Source: Thermoproteota archaeon (GTDB lineage Archaea > Thermoproteota > Nitrososphaeria_A > Caldarchaeales > Calditenuaceae). From it: a DNA stretch of 32,000 bases. Position 1 is the first letter of the stretch; every line of letters begins with the position of its first letter. Location of the stretch: contig JAUQPZ010000009.1 in the NCBI GenBank assembly GCA_030550155.1, positions 1-32,000 on the forward strand. Reading direction: 5' to 3'. The notes below the pieces were generated by a model. The model was not told the origin of the DNA, ran no database searches, and saw only the letters and a program-made list of their open reading frames with translations. The position numbers and the translations under genes are program-made. Positions 7,753 to 16,645 of the stretch are shown here, in pieces.

Positions 7753-8541
7753 TTACCTAGACGTTGACCGAGTGTATGCTAGCAGGCTCCAGAGCCACTC
7801 TGCGAACTCTGCGGGATTTTTGGTCTGGATGTATACTTCTCCTGGGCCCCTGATTCTTACGACTAGTCCCTCGCCCCCGAGTAGCGTGGACTTGAGTCCG
7901 CCGAACTTTGTGACCGTATAGTCGCATGTCTCGCTGAATGCTGCTAAGTGGAAGTTGTCTACGACCAGCTCCTCGCCTGGCGAGAGCGTCTTCTTCTCTA
8001 GCGCCCCGAATGTGTTAATGAAGAGAACTCCGCTTCCCGTTGCCCTAAGCATGAATAGGCCTTGGCCGAAGAGACCGCGTTCGAAGCCCTGCCACTTCAC
8101 GTCCAAGTCCACGTCCAGACCTGAGGCGACGTAGGCGGCCTTCTGGATAATATATCCAGCCCCTGGCCTTACCTCTATGTGGGCGATATCGCCGAGCGGC
8201 GCCGAGACTAGGCCAATCAATCCTCTTCCATTTTTTGCGGCATACTCGTTCACGAAGAATGACTGGCCGCCAAGTACCTTGAGGCCGAGTGTCTGGATGA
8301 AGCTTGCCTCTCGCATGACCGTTTTAACCTCGATGCTAGGCGACATGTAGGTCATCGCTCCTGCCTCGGCTCTAATTGCTTCACCGGGCTCCAGCTCAAC
8401 CTCTAAGAGTGCGTATGACGGGCGGTGTCTTATCTCGTACCTCAACTCGGGAGATGTCTTGATGTAGCGGTGTATAAAGCTATGCGCGATGCTGGGTGCT
8501 CCTGGCTTTGCCGAGGATTGCTTAAAATAGTAAGCCGGCAT
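7753..8541 (-). CDS. AIM24/DUF124 (TIGR00266-like) family protein
   Basis: Family-typical YALLEVELEPGEAIRAEAGAMTYMS and a repeated beta-rich body. The likely true start is TTG at 8445 (protein then begins LRYEIRHRPSY), preceded by TTTATA at 8473-8478. The ATG at 8541 gives the maximal ORF. Confidence 0.65.
   Translation of the reverse strand: MPAYYFKQSSAKPGAPSIAHSFIHRYIKTSPELRYEIRHRPSYALLEVELEPGEAIRAEAGAMTYMSPSIEVKTVMREASFIQTLGLKVLGGQSFFVNEYAAKNGRGLIGLVSAPLGDIAHIEVRPGAGYIIQKAAYVASGLDVDLDVKWQGFERGLFGQGLFMLRATGSGVLFINTFGALEKKTLSPGEELVVDNFHLAAFSETCDYTVTKFGGLKSTLLGGEGLVVRIRGPGEVYIQTKNPAEFAEWLWSLLAYTRSTSR
8473..8478 (-). promoter_or_regulatory. TATA box (TTTATA) 27 nt upstream of the alternative TTG start of the AIM24-like gene
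   Basis: The minus strand reads GCTTTATACACCGCTACATCAAGACATCTCCCGAG-TTG. Confidence 0.4.
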
Positions 8542-8938
8542 GGTTGTCGTCGTGCCCCGTCTGCCAGACGAGGCTAGGCGCCTAGTTGAGGGAGTGAATT
8601 TCGGCTTCTTGGCTACTTTGATGCCTGATGGCTCGCCGCAGGTCTCGCCTGTCTGGGTGGATGTCGATGGTGACTACGTTTTGGTTAACACTGTGAAGAG
8701 TAGGGTGAAGGATAGGAACACCGACAGGGACCCGCGGGTCTCGATAGCTATCGCGGATTGGAGGAATCCTTACAAGTATGTAGAGATTAGAGGTAGGGTT
8801 GTTGAGAAGACTTCTGAAGGAGCGGTGGAACACATAGATAGACTGGCGAAGAAGTATCTGGGAATCAGTAGATTCGAGGGTCCGCGAGAGAACAGGCTAA
8901 TCTGGAAGATTAGACCCGAGAGAGTCTTTATCCGTTAG
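8540..8938 (+). CDS. pyridoxamine 5'-phosphate oxidase (PPOX-class, FMN/F420-type split-barrel) family protein
   Basis: FGFLATLMPDGSPQVSPVWVDVDGDYVLVNT, DPRVSIAI and YVEIRGRV are typical of the PPOX-class split-barrel family. The start is uncertain (ATG 8540 or GTG 8552). Confidence 0.7.
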   Translation: MVVVVPRLPDEARRLVEGVNFGFLATLMPDGSPQVSPVWVDVDGDYVLVNTVKSRVKDRNTDRDPRVSIAIADWRNPYKYVEIRGRVVEKTSEGAVEHIDRLAKKYLGISRFEGPRENRLIWKIRPERVFIR

Positions 8939-10977
8939 CCAAGACCATCCAGAGTCACAACCTCGTAAATCCGCGGTTTCTCGAGCGTGAACTCCGCGAC
9001 GCCTCCTGAGAAGGTGTAATCCAGCTCTCTCCCATCAAGAAATGAATAGACGCGGGTGGGCTCCCTGCGTGTCAAAACCCCGATACGCGTTGAAGAATAG
9101 GGCGTGAACTCGTCCATGTATTCCGGGTGTCTCCCAACCCTCATTGACTGGAAGTTGACAAGATGAAGTATCCAGGAGCCGCTTCTCCTCCAGAGATAGG
9201 CCTCCGAGGTGGGTGGCGTAGAGGCTTGAACCAGCTTCTCTGGCAGCATTAGGCTGAGACAATTTCTAAGTATTCTCCTATAGATCCAGTAGCCGTATCT
9301 GAAGTAGGCCGCGAAGAGCTGGAAGAAGATATACATCACGCGCCCATCGCTGGAGAGGGCTATCGCGGGGCTCTCAGAGTCTCTCGACGCGGGCGAGTAG
9401 GTGTGCGAGGTATAAGCTCTGTAGCTCCTCCTGAAATAGGGCTCCCTGACCCTGGCCAGCGTCGTCCCTTTCTCAAGATGCGTGTAGACTCCGGAGCCAT
9501 ACACGGCTACGTCGAACTCTGCTGGCAGGCCGTCAGATATCCTTTGGTCGAGGCGCATGAAGTCCACGTCATACCTGTCGGACCCGAGGAACTTCAAGTC
9601 GATGCCGGGGCACTTGAACTCGTCCCCTTCGAGTGTGGCCTTATAGCTGAGGATGACCCGTCCGCCTCTATGGATATAGTCTTTCAGACTCTGCCTCGCC
9701 TCATCGTCGAGCAACCCATAGTCAGGAATTATCAGCAAACTGTATCGGCTGAGATCCATGAGTGGGTCGATAACGTTAAACTGAATCTTCTCCTCCAAGA
9801 GCAGTTTTGTCGCTCCGGCGAGGGAGTCGTCAATTCCAAACCCACCCTCTTGAAAGACGTAGGCGTCGGCGCTTCTCGACCTTGGCAGCGCAAGGATCGC
9901 TGCCTCATAGACTGGCTCAGACTCGTGCATAAGCCCTTCCACTCTCCTCACAACTTTATAGGCCTCTCCCACAGTGTTGTAAACCGCCTCGTCAAGCCTC
10001 CCCCTCGGATGCATCTGGTCTCCCACGGAGACCGCGGCGCCGTGAGCAAGTATTCGCGTAGCCTCGTATACGAGCTGGGCGACCGGCTTCAATCCTCCGA
10101 AGTCGGCCCATGAGGCATGGAACCTCCCAGTCATTCCGACGATGGGCTTGCCGAAGTTTCTCAGATAACGTGCATAAAGTGGGAAGTGATAGTAACCCCA
10201 AGGTCCTGTTGGGAGTGACTCTATCTCGAAGTGTGTCAAATATTTCTCGGCCAGCCGTGCCATGTTCAGGCTTGAGGCACCGTTAAAGAAGATGGTTGCA
10301 GAGGGCCGGGTCTCCTCTACGAGTCGCCGCATCCTTGCCATGAATCTCTCCTCTATCATCCTCGAATGCATCCTTAGACATTCATCATCTGCATAGTCCA
10401 TGCTCAGCCTATCTATCGACACTCTGCAGTAGCGGCAGAGGCATCCAGGCCTCCTCTGCGCCACAATATCGAGGAATACCCCATCTATGTCGTAACCTCT
10501 TAAAACCTCCCTAACCTGTCCCTCAACATAATCCACATAGGGTGTGTTGAGACAGAGCGTCTCCCAGCCATAGTAGGGCCGCTCAAAGAGCTTGGGCCTG
10601 ACTGGCACACCGTTCTTATCGACTTGAAGCCACTCAGGGTGCTCCTCACCCATGTAGCTGTCCCAGCAGACCGAGTAGTAGGCGGCAACCCTTATCCCTC
10701 TATTATGACAAGCATCAACCATCTCCCTGAGAAGGTCCACCCTCAGAGAAGGATGTTTAATGCCTATCTTCGTATCATAATAAGACATTCCATGGTGGCA
10801 TTTTGCGAACACAGTCACAGAGTTCACAGAGGCTCGGGAAAGAGTCTCAGCGAACTCCGCCGGGTCGAACTCAGCCGCCACATCAGTTATCAGCGAAGAG
10901 GTGTGAAAGTCTAGATGAATCTGACGAAACGCATGGTCCAGAGCCGGCAAACCATTCGACGACAAGCCCCACATCAA
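8935..10977 (-). CDS. putative glycoside hydrolase (GHL6 / GH42-like TIM barrel with a beta-galactosidase-trimerisation-like domain)
   Basis: The N-terminus reads QIHLDFHTS...FAKCHHGMSYYDT...HPSL..DLLREMVDACHNRGIRVAAYYSV, as in GHL6-type proteins. Length is 680 aa and there is no signal peptide. Confidence 0.5.
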   Translation of the reverse strand: MMWGLSSNGLPALDHAFRQIHLDFHTSSLITDVAAEFDPAEFAETLSRASVNSVTVFAKCHHGMSYYDTKIGIKHPSLRVDLLREMVDACHNRGIRVAAYYSVCWDSYMGEEHPEWLQVDKNGVPVRPKLFERPYYGWETLCLNTPYVDYVEGQVREVLRGYDIDGVFLDIVAQRRPGCLCRYCRVSIDRLSMDYADDECLRMHSRMIEERFMARMRRLVEETRPSATIFFNGASSLNMARLAEKYLTHFEIESLPTGPWGYYHFPLYARYLRNFGKPIVGMTGRFHASWADFGGLKPVAQLVYEATRILAHGAAVSVGDQMHPRGRLDEAVYNTVGEAYKVVRRVEGLMHESEPVYEAAILALPRSRSADAYVFQEGGFGIDDSLAGATKLLLEEKIQFNVIDPLMDLSRYSLLIIPDYGLLDDEARQSLKDYIHRGGRVILSYKATLEGDEFKCPGIDLKFLGSDRYDVDFMRLDQRISDGLPAEFDVAVYGSGVYTHLEKGTTLARVREPYFRRSYRAYTSHTYSPASRDSESPAIALSSDGRVMYIFFQLFAAYFRYGYWIYRRILRNCLSLMLPEKLVQASTPPTSEAYLWRRSGSWILHLVNFQSMRVGRHPEYMDEFTPYSSTRIGVLTRREPTRVYSFLDGRELDYTFSGGVAEFTLEKPRIYEVVTLDGLG

Positions 10978-11002
10978 AACCTAATATCCAAGCCTACACA
11001 TT

Positions 11003-11434
11003 TTAACTTTCTGACGAGATGAGGACTAGGGCTGCTAGTGCCAGAACTATTCCCATAGCCTGCTTGGCTGTGGGGGCCTCCCTAAGGAATAATGCTGAGA
11101 GAATTATAGTCACGATAGGGTAGAGCGAGGTTGCCACGATGACTATGGATGAAGGGTTGCGCTCCAGAGAAGCGTATAGCAGGGGCGCCCCCATAAAGCC
11201 TAGTACCCCGACGATGAAGGCTAGAATAAGCGTGTCCAGGGGATAAGACAGGCTCGGCCTCACCAAGACCGCGAAGAGAATCATCGATGAAACACTGCCT
11301 ATAGACGCGAGCACAGTCATTTCACGCCAGCCAATCGAGGCAGCCACGAGCCTACTCATAAAACCCCAGATTCCCCAAACCATCAACGCTAAAAACGCAA
11401 AGAAAACCCAGCCATAATCACTACCGCTCAACAA
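11003..11434 (-). CDS. small EamA-domain (DMT superfamily) membrane protein
   Basis: 143 aa with 4-5 hydrophobic spans and an EamA-type C-terminal segment SLYPIVTIILSALFLREAPTAKQAMGIVLALAALVLIS. TTG start. Confidence 0.55.
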   Translation of the reverse strand: MLSGSDYGWVFFAFLALMVWGIWGFMSRLVAASIGWREMTVLASIGSVSSMILFAVLVRPSLSYPLDTLILAFIVGVLGFMGAPLLYASLERNPSSIVIVATSLYPIVTIILSALFLREAPTAKQAMGIVLALAALVLISSES

Positions 11435-11580
11435 TCTCTATAATCACAGGACACAATAATATACATTTTCACACCACTATGAGGCTACATCCGGCACGAC
11501 CAGCGCGCACGACAAGCATATCAACAAAAACCCTAATTTATGAAAAGTTATATTAGAGAAGCTGGACCAAGATTTAGGTC

Positions 11581-13440
11581 TTGAGAGCGGTTATCTTAGC
11601 GGCAGGTAGAGCTACCCGTCTCCAGCCCTACTCGCATCATACCCCCAAATCACTCATGGAGCTAGAGCCCGGGGTCACCATACTCTTATTCATGGTTAAC
11701 CAGCTGAGAAGCAGTGGAGTGTCAGACATAGCGATTGTTACAAGGCCGGATTTTGCTGATATTCTTAAGAAGGAATACCCAAGTCTCCGAGTAGTCCTGA
11801 TCCGTGATGAGGACTCATTCGGGAACCTGTACAGCGCATATGTAGGTTGTAGGGAGTTTAGCCCACCCCTCCTCCTCCTGATGTCTGACCATATAATGGA
11901 GAAGCGAATACTCAGGAGAATGATTAAACGCGCCAAAAATAGCCAGAAAGCCTTTACTCTCTGCCTTGATAGGAAGCCGTCTCTGAAGACTGCTGAGGAA
12001 GGGCTTAAACTCTCGCTGTACGAGGATCGCGTAGTTGAGACCGGAAAGGAGCTGATACCCACCTACGGGATTGATACAGGTGTGATATTTTGCGGGCCGC
12101 GTAGCCTACAATACATGGAGAAGGCAGTCAAAGAATATGGTAAGGAAGCCTCCCTGAAAGAGGCGATCAACCTAGCCGCCGCAGACAACGACGTGGACTT
12201 CGTCGACATGACAGGGCTTCTATGGAAGGACATCGACACGTCCAGCGATTTAGAGGCCGCTAGAGAAATCTACTATGAAATATTGAGGAGGGACCTCATA
12301 AAGCCCTCCGACGGCCTAGTTAGCAGGCTCCTAAACAGAAGCATCTCGACGAGGATCTCTCTCTACCTTTACAAGAGAGGCCTCTTCATCCATCCCAACA
12401 TCGTATCCCTTATCTCGTTCATCGTTGCGGTACTGGGTGCGGCTATTATTCCGGCAGGGTTTTTTCTGATTGGTGGGCTTCTAATCCAGCTAGCATCCAT
12501 CCTCGATGGGATTGATGGTGAGGTTGCGCGCCTCTATAAGGCTACAAGTGCCCAGGGAGAGGTCTTCGATAACATTCTCGATAGGGTCGCAGATATCGCG
12601 GTTATAGCCGGCATCGCAGTGGCCAGCTGGCCCCTCTCCGAGTTGGATACGATTCTATCCGTTGTTGCCGCGTCCAGCGCCACGTTGGTCAGCCAGACTA
12701 CACACATGCTTTCAAGACTAAACATTGAGGTAGAAAACCTGAGAAAGATTCCAGCGACCCGGGACGCGAGGCTGTTCAGCGTCTTCATATGCGCGGCAGC
12801 GGGCTACCCACTCTACTCGGTATACTACATCGCCTTTACCTCGCCAATCTTCGTCATTGCAGGCCTGGTCCTCCTCTCCAGAGCGTCTCTAACTTGGTCT
12901 TTGCCTATGCCGGGAAGGGAGAAGCGTGAAGCTTGGCCCCGCCTCGCCGTCGAGCTGACCACTAAGGGTTCTGTCCGCTCGGTAATACTAAACACCTTCC
13001 GCCTCACCATCGGACTACTAGTGACTAAGCTCCTGCTACCTCCATTTGCCGACATAGTCATAATGGAGAGTCCCGTAACCCTTGAAGTAGCTTCTCTCCA
13101 GCCGCTTGCGGAGATGGCAGTGATAGTCTATTTCGGCTCAAAGATAATAGTCTCTAGCGGGATACTGGTTGAGAACGTCTCCTCCCAGCTCGTACACAGG
13201 CTACGGCTGACATCGACGGTCATCCGCGAGACAATCAGTGACACGTCATACCTCCTCTTCGCCCTAGTTCTCTGGATCTACTCATGGAGCCTCAGCACCC
13301 TCCCAATAGCCGGCCCATACATCCTCAAATCACTCACACCAGTCACAGCAATAATCATAATCTACCTAGTCTACAGGCTAGTCGACCGCCTGTACAAGAC
13401 ATATAAAGAGGCCCTTGAAGATGAGATAAGCGCGAAATAG
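11581..13440 (+). CDS. IPCT/DIPPS-like bifunctional enzyme (NTP-transferase + CDP-alcohol phosphatidyltransferase) with an extra C-terminal membrane module of about 185 aa
   Basis: N-terminal nucleotidyltransferase motif AVILAAGRATRL. Linker SDGLVSRLLNRSISTRIS. CDP-alcohol transferase signature DGIDGEVARL-x8-GEVFDNILDRVAD. Then IPATRDARLF and about four further TM helices, beyond where the DIPPS family normally ends. TTG start. Confidence 0.7.
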   Translation: MRAVILAAGRATRLQPYSHHTPKSLMELEPGVTILLFMVNQLRSSGVSDIAIVTRPDFADILKKEYPSLRVVLIRDEDSFGNLYSAYVGCREFSPPLLLLMSDHIMEKRILRRMIKRAKNSQKAFTLCLDRKPSLKTAEEGLKLSLYEDRVVETGKELIPTYGIDTGVIFCGPRSLQYMEKAVKEYGKEASLKEAINLAAADNDVDFVDMTGLLWKDIDTSSDLEAAREIYYEILRRDLIKPSDGLVSRLLNRSISTRISLYLYKRGLFIHPNIVSLISFIVAVLGAAIIPAGFFLIGGLLIQLASILDGIDGEVARLYKATSAQGEVFDNILDRVADIAVIAGIAVASWPLSELDTILSVVAASSATLVSQTTHMLSRLNIEVENLRKIPATRDARLFSVFICAAAGYPLYSVYYIAFTSPIFVIAGLVLLSRASLTWSLPMPGREKREAWPRLAVELTTKGSVRSVILNTFRLTIGLLVTKLLLPPFADIVIMESPVTLEVASLQPLAEMAVIVYFGSKIIVSSGILVENVSSQLVHRLRLTSTVIRETISDTSYLLFALVLWIYSWSLSTLPIAGPYILKSLTPVTAIIIIYLVYRLVDRLYKTYKEALEDEISAK

Positions 13441-13499
13441 CATAAGACGGTGGAGGAAAGCTTATCTACAGGAGTTAAGAACCTTTTTAATGTCGCAAA

Positions 13500-14852
13500 A
13501 TGTCTCAACAGAGGTCTTCTAAAGTTAGATTAGCTGTGGCGTTGGTCCTTGTTGCTATTGTAGTCGTCGCGGCGGGCGTAGTTCTCCTATTTGTTACACA
13601 GAGGCCTGCTGAGAAGATTAAGATCGAGTGGTGGGATCAGTGGGGTGAGGCGCGGCTTAAATGGGCTGAGGAGATGAAGGCAGCTTATGAGAGGGCTCAC
13701 CCTGACGTGGAGATAGTCATCGTTGAGTTCGCGTCTGATGAGGAGTTTAAGACGAAGTTTGAGTCCGCTATAGCGGCTGGCCAGCCCCCCGCGGTCTTCA
13801 GGACTCTCGGCGGAGGAATTCTCAAGTCGTATGTAGATGGAGGACATGTGGAGGATTTAACCAGCCTGCTAAATGAGGAATGGGCCGTAAACCAGATACC
13901 CCGTACCATGCTAAGACAATCAACGTGGGGAGGACGGCACTATGCCGTGCCCTTCGACCTATGGGTAGGCCACTTCTACATCAACAGGGAGCTCTTCGAG
14001 AGAGCTGGTGTACCGATACCCCCCATAACTACCACCTGGACCTGGGACGAGTTCAAGGATGCTATAAGGAAATTTAAGGAGGCGGGGATAATCCCCATAG
14101 CTGTTGGCGGCAAGGATAAGTGGGAGCTCTCATTCTACTACATGTATATTGTTGACAGGCTGGCTGGCTCCGAGGCGTTTAGGAGGACGATAAACAGAGC
14201 TCCGGGCTACAGCTTCACAGATGAGCACTGGGTTAAGGCTGGGTACCTGTTCAAGGAGATTGTCGACATGGGTGCCTTCCAAGAAGGATTCATAGGAGCC
14301 AGCTACGACGAGGCTCAGAGCCTCTTCTTCACAGGGAAAGCCGCGATGTGGCTCCAAGGCCCATGGATACTCGGAGACCTCTACGCCACTTTCCCCGACT
14401 TCCCCATCGACATCATCAACTTCCCCACGGTACCAGGGGGCAAGGGAGACCCGACAATGCTTTTGGGAGCTGTCCAGCATCACTACGCCATCGCTAAGAA
14501 CATTCCGGACAACGTGAAGAGGGTCGCATACGACTTTCTGCGATTCATATGCAGGGAGGAGAACGTCATAAGGTATGCCGAGCTCAGCGCATCGCCTCTG
14601 GCTCAGAACGTAAAGGTGCCGACTGAGAACTACTCGCCCGTGCTCGTCAAGGTAATAGACTCGGCTTCTAGAGCGAGATGGCTTCAGATGGCTTACGACG
14701 AATACTCTCCGCCCAAGTTCGCTCAAGTTCATCTAGACTCTCTCGCGGGTGTCGCGGCGGGGACCACGACGCCTGAGCAGATGGCTGAGGCGCAGGAGAA
14801 GACCGCGCAAGAATTGGCTGAGCAGGGGATTCTACCACTTGAGCAGGTCTAG
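13500..14852 (+). CDS. ABC transporter substrate-binding protein (family 1, carbohydrate type), N-terminally membrane-anchored
   Basis: 450 aa with an N-terminal TM anchor and W/Y-rich sugar-SBP composition. It sits immediately upstream of two MalF/MalG-type permease genes. Confidence 0.8.
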   Translation: MSQQRSSKVRLAVALVLVAIVVVAAGVVLLFVTQRPAEKIKIEWWDQWGEARLKWAEEMKAAYERAHPDVEIVIVEFASDEEFKTKFESAIAAGQPPAVFRTLGGGILKSYVDGGHVEDLTSLLNEEWAVNQIPRTMLRQSTWGGRHYAVPFDLWVGHFYINRELFERAGVPIPPITTTWTWDEFKDAIRKFKEAGIIPIAVGGKDKWELSFYYMYIVDRLAGSEAFRRTINRAPGYSFTDEHWVKAGYLFKEIVDMGAFQEGFIGASYDEAQSLFFTGKAAMWLQGPWILGDLYATFPDFPIDIINFPTVPGGKGDPTMLLGAVQHHYAIAKNIPDNVKRVAYDFLRFICREENVIRYAELSASPLAQNVKVPTENYSPVLVKVIDSASRARWLQMAYDEYSPPKFAQVHLDSLAGVAAGTTTPEQMAEAQEKTAQELAEQGILPLEQV

Positions 14853-14853
14853 T

Positions 14854-15786
14854 ATGAGGGAGAAAAACAGTCTAGTTGTATCGAAATTTTTCACCTTAAA
14901 AGGATTAAGAGAACTTCTAGACTCACAGGCAGGGTTCCTGATGGCCTTGCCCGCGCTGGTCTTCGCCGTCCTCTTCGTCTTCTATCCGCTTGCCCAGATG
15001 TTCTACCTCAGTCTATTCAGGTGGAACTTCGTCAGCCCCAACATGGTCTTTGTTGGGCTGGATAACTTCACGAGAATGTTCCTCAACGACCAAGTATATC
15101 TCCGCTCACTTCTCAACGTCATTCTACTTGCTGGGCAGTCCTCGGCTATACAGATTCCGATAGGCGTAGCCCTCGCCACGATAATTCTCAGATATAGGCG
15201 CGTGGGAGGGTTATTCTGGGCGATAATCTTTCTACCTTATGTCGTCTCATCCGTCGCAGTCTCACTCATCTGGACCTGGATGTATAACCCATACTTCGGC
15301 TCCGTCAACGTTTTCTTGAGAGCAGTCGGCCTAGGTTTCTTGGCAAGGCCTTGGCTCGGCGACATAAACACGGCTCTCATAGCTATCTTCGGCACCGTAA
15401 ACTGGATTTACATAGGGTTAACGACCACTATGACCATCGCGACTCTAAGAAGCATCCCACCGAGCATATTTGAGTCAGCAAGAATAGACGGGCTCTCCGG
15501 TTTTCAGGAGTTCAGAAAGATAACTCTGCCGCTCCTCAAAGAGTTGATAGTTGTTCTTGTGATTATAGATATAGCTGGCGCGTTTAAGTTCTTCGACCTT
15601 ATCTGGGTCATGACGCAGGGAGGGCCGAGCGACAGCACTCACGTGACGACGACTTGGCTCTACAGGGCCGCCTTCAGGGCCTCAGAGCCCGGATACGGGT
15701 CGGCTATCGGAGTAACAGTATTCATATTTAGCTTCGTCATAGTTCAGCTACTCATCAAGTTTACGCGCTCGAGGCTGACGAGGTGA
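14854..15786 (+). CDS. sugar ABC transporter permease (MalF/UgpA type)
   Basis: Six-TM pattern with an EAA-like loop SARIDGLSGFQEFRKITLPLL. The ATG at 14854 follows the SBP stop by 1 nt. The track extension back to 14749 overlaps the SBP gene and is Arg-rich nonsense. Confidence 0.85.
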   Translation: MREKNSLVVSKFFTLKGLRELLDSQAGFLMALPALVFAVLFVFYPLAQMFYLSLFRWNFVSPNMVFVGLDNFTRMFLNDQVYLRSLLNVILLAGQSSAIQIPIGVALATIILRYRRVGGLFWAIIFLPYVVSSVAVSLIWTWMYNPYFGSVNVFLRAVGLGFLARPWLGDINTALIAIFGTVNWIYIGLTTTMTIATLRSIPPSIFESARIDGLSGFQEFRKITLPLLKELIVVLVIIDIAGAFKFFDLIWVMTQGGPSDSTHVTTTWLYRAAFRASEPGYGSAIGVTVFIFSFVIVQLLIKFTRSRLTR

Positions 15787-15793
15787 AGAAGGC

Positions 15794-16645
15794 GTGGAGC
15801 TACCTAAAGGAAGAATTTTCAGAAGGCGCGCAAAGCTGTTTGCACTCGCCATAGTCTTGACCTTGATATCAATTATAATGATCTATCCTCTGCTATGGAC
15901 GCTCATCACGGCCCTCAAAACAAACAGGGAGCTCTTCCTCGACCCTTGGGGGCTACCCTCCAACCCCACATTTGAGAATTTCTTCAAGGCACTGGACAGG
16001 GGTAACATGGGGACAGCTGTGATCAACAGCCTGATAGTCTCTCTAAGCTCCGTATTTCTGATATCGGTCATCGCGCCAATGGCTGCGTTTGCAACCTCGC
16101 GTCTCGAATTCCGGTTTAGGGGCATAGTGACCAACCTCCTCATAGCTGGATTCTTCATAGCTCCTCACGCGGTCCTTGTGCCGTTGCTACTTCTATTGAG
16201 GGATATGGGGCTGGTTGACTCTCATCTCGGGCTCATCCTCTCGTATGTAGGGTGGAATCTTCCATTCGCAGTCCTCTTCATGAAGGCGTTCTTCGTCTCC
16301 ATACCCAGCAGCTTACAAGACTCCGCACGAGTTGACGGATTATCAAAATACGCCATGTATCAGAAGATAATGATGCCCCTCGCTCTTCCAACAATCCTGA
16401 CCGTAGCAATAATAATGTTCATCGGCATCTGGAACGACTTCCTCTTCGCATTCATCTTCCTACGCTCACCGAGCAATTTCACGGTCCCGATAAACCTGTT
16501 AAACTTCACAACCGGAAGATACGGAAATGACTACGTGGCTCAGAGCGCGGCTGTTCTGATCTCCGCGATACCTACAATCGTCCTCTACCTGGTCTTCGCT
16601 GAGAGGATTCGTAAGGGAGTCGCTTTCATGGCGTTCGGGCGCTAA
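15794..16645 (+). CDS. sugar ABC transporter permease (MalG/UgpE type)
   Basis: EAA loop SARVDGLSKYAMYQKIMMPLALP and six hydrophobic spans. GTG start. Confidence 0.85.
   Translation: MELPKGRIFRRRAKLFALAIVLTLISIIMIYPLLWTLITALKTNRELFLDPWGLPSNPTFENFFKALDRGNMGTAVINSLIVSLSSVFLISVIAPMAAFATSRLEFRFRGIVTNLLIAGFFIAPHAVLVPLLLLLRDMGLVDSHLGLILSYVGWNLPFAVLFMKAFFVSIPSSLQDSARVDGLSKYAMYQKIMMPLALPTILTVAIIMFIGIWNDFLFAFIFLRSPSNFTVPINLLNFTTGRYGNDYVAQSAAVLISAIPTIVLYLVFAERIRKGVAFMAFGR

Noticed and set aside
9403-10113. 236-aa plus-strand ORF inside the GH-like gene (also 10624-10914 and 10803-11006)
   Set aside because: It is antisense to a 680-aa ORF with family-typical motifs. No motif was recognised and the composition is biased.
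14130-14732. 200-aa minus-strand ORF inside the substrate-binding protein gene
   Set aside because: It is antisense to a well-supported gene within a co-oriented ABC operon, and no motifs were recognised.
14749-14853. N-terminal extension of the first permease ORF (MSRRGPRRLSRWLRRRRRPRKNWLSRG...)
   Set aside because: It overlaps the 3' end of the SBP gene in another frame and is Arg-rich nonsense. The ATG at 14854, 1 nt after the SBP stop, gives a normal permease N-terminus.
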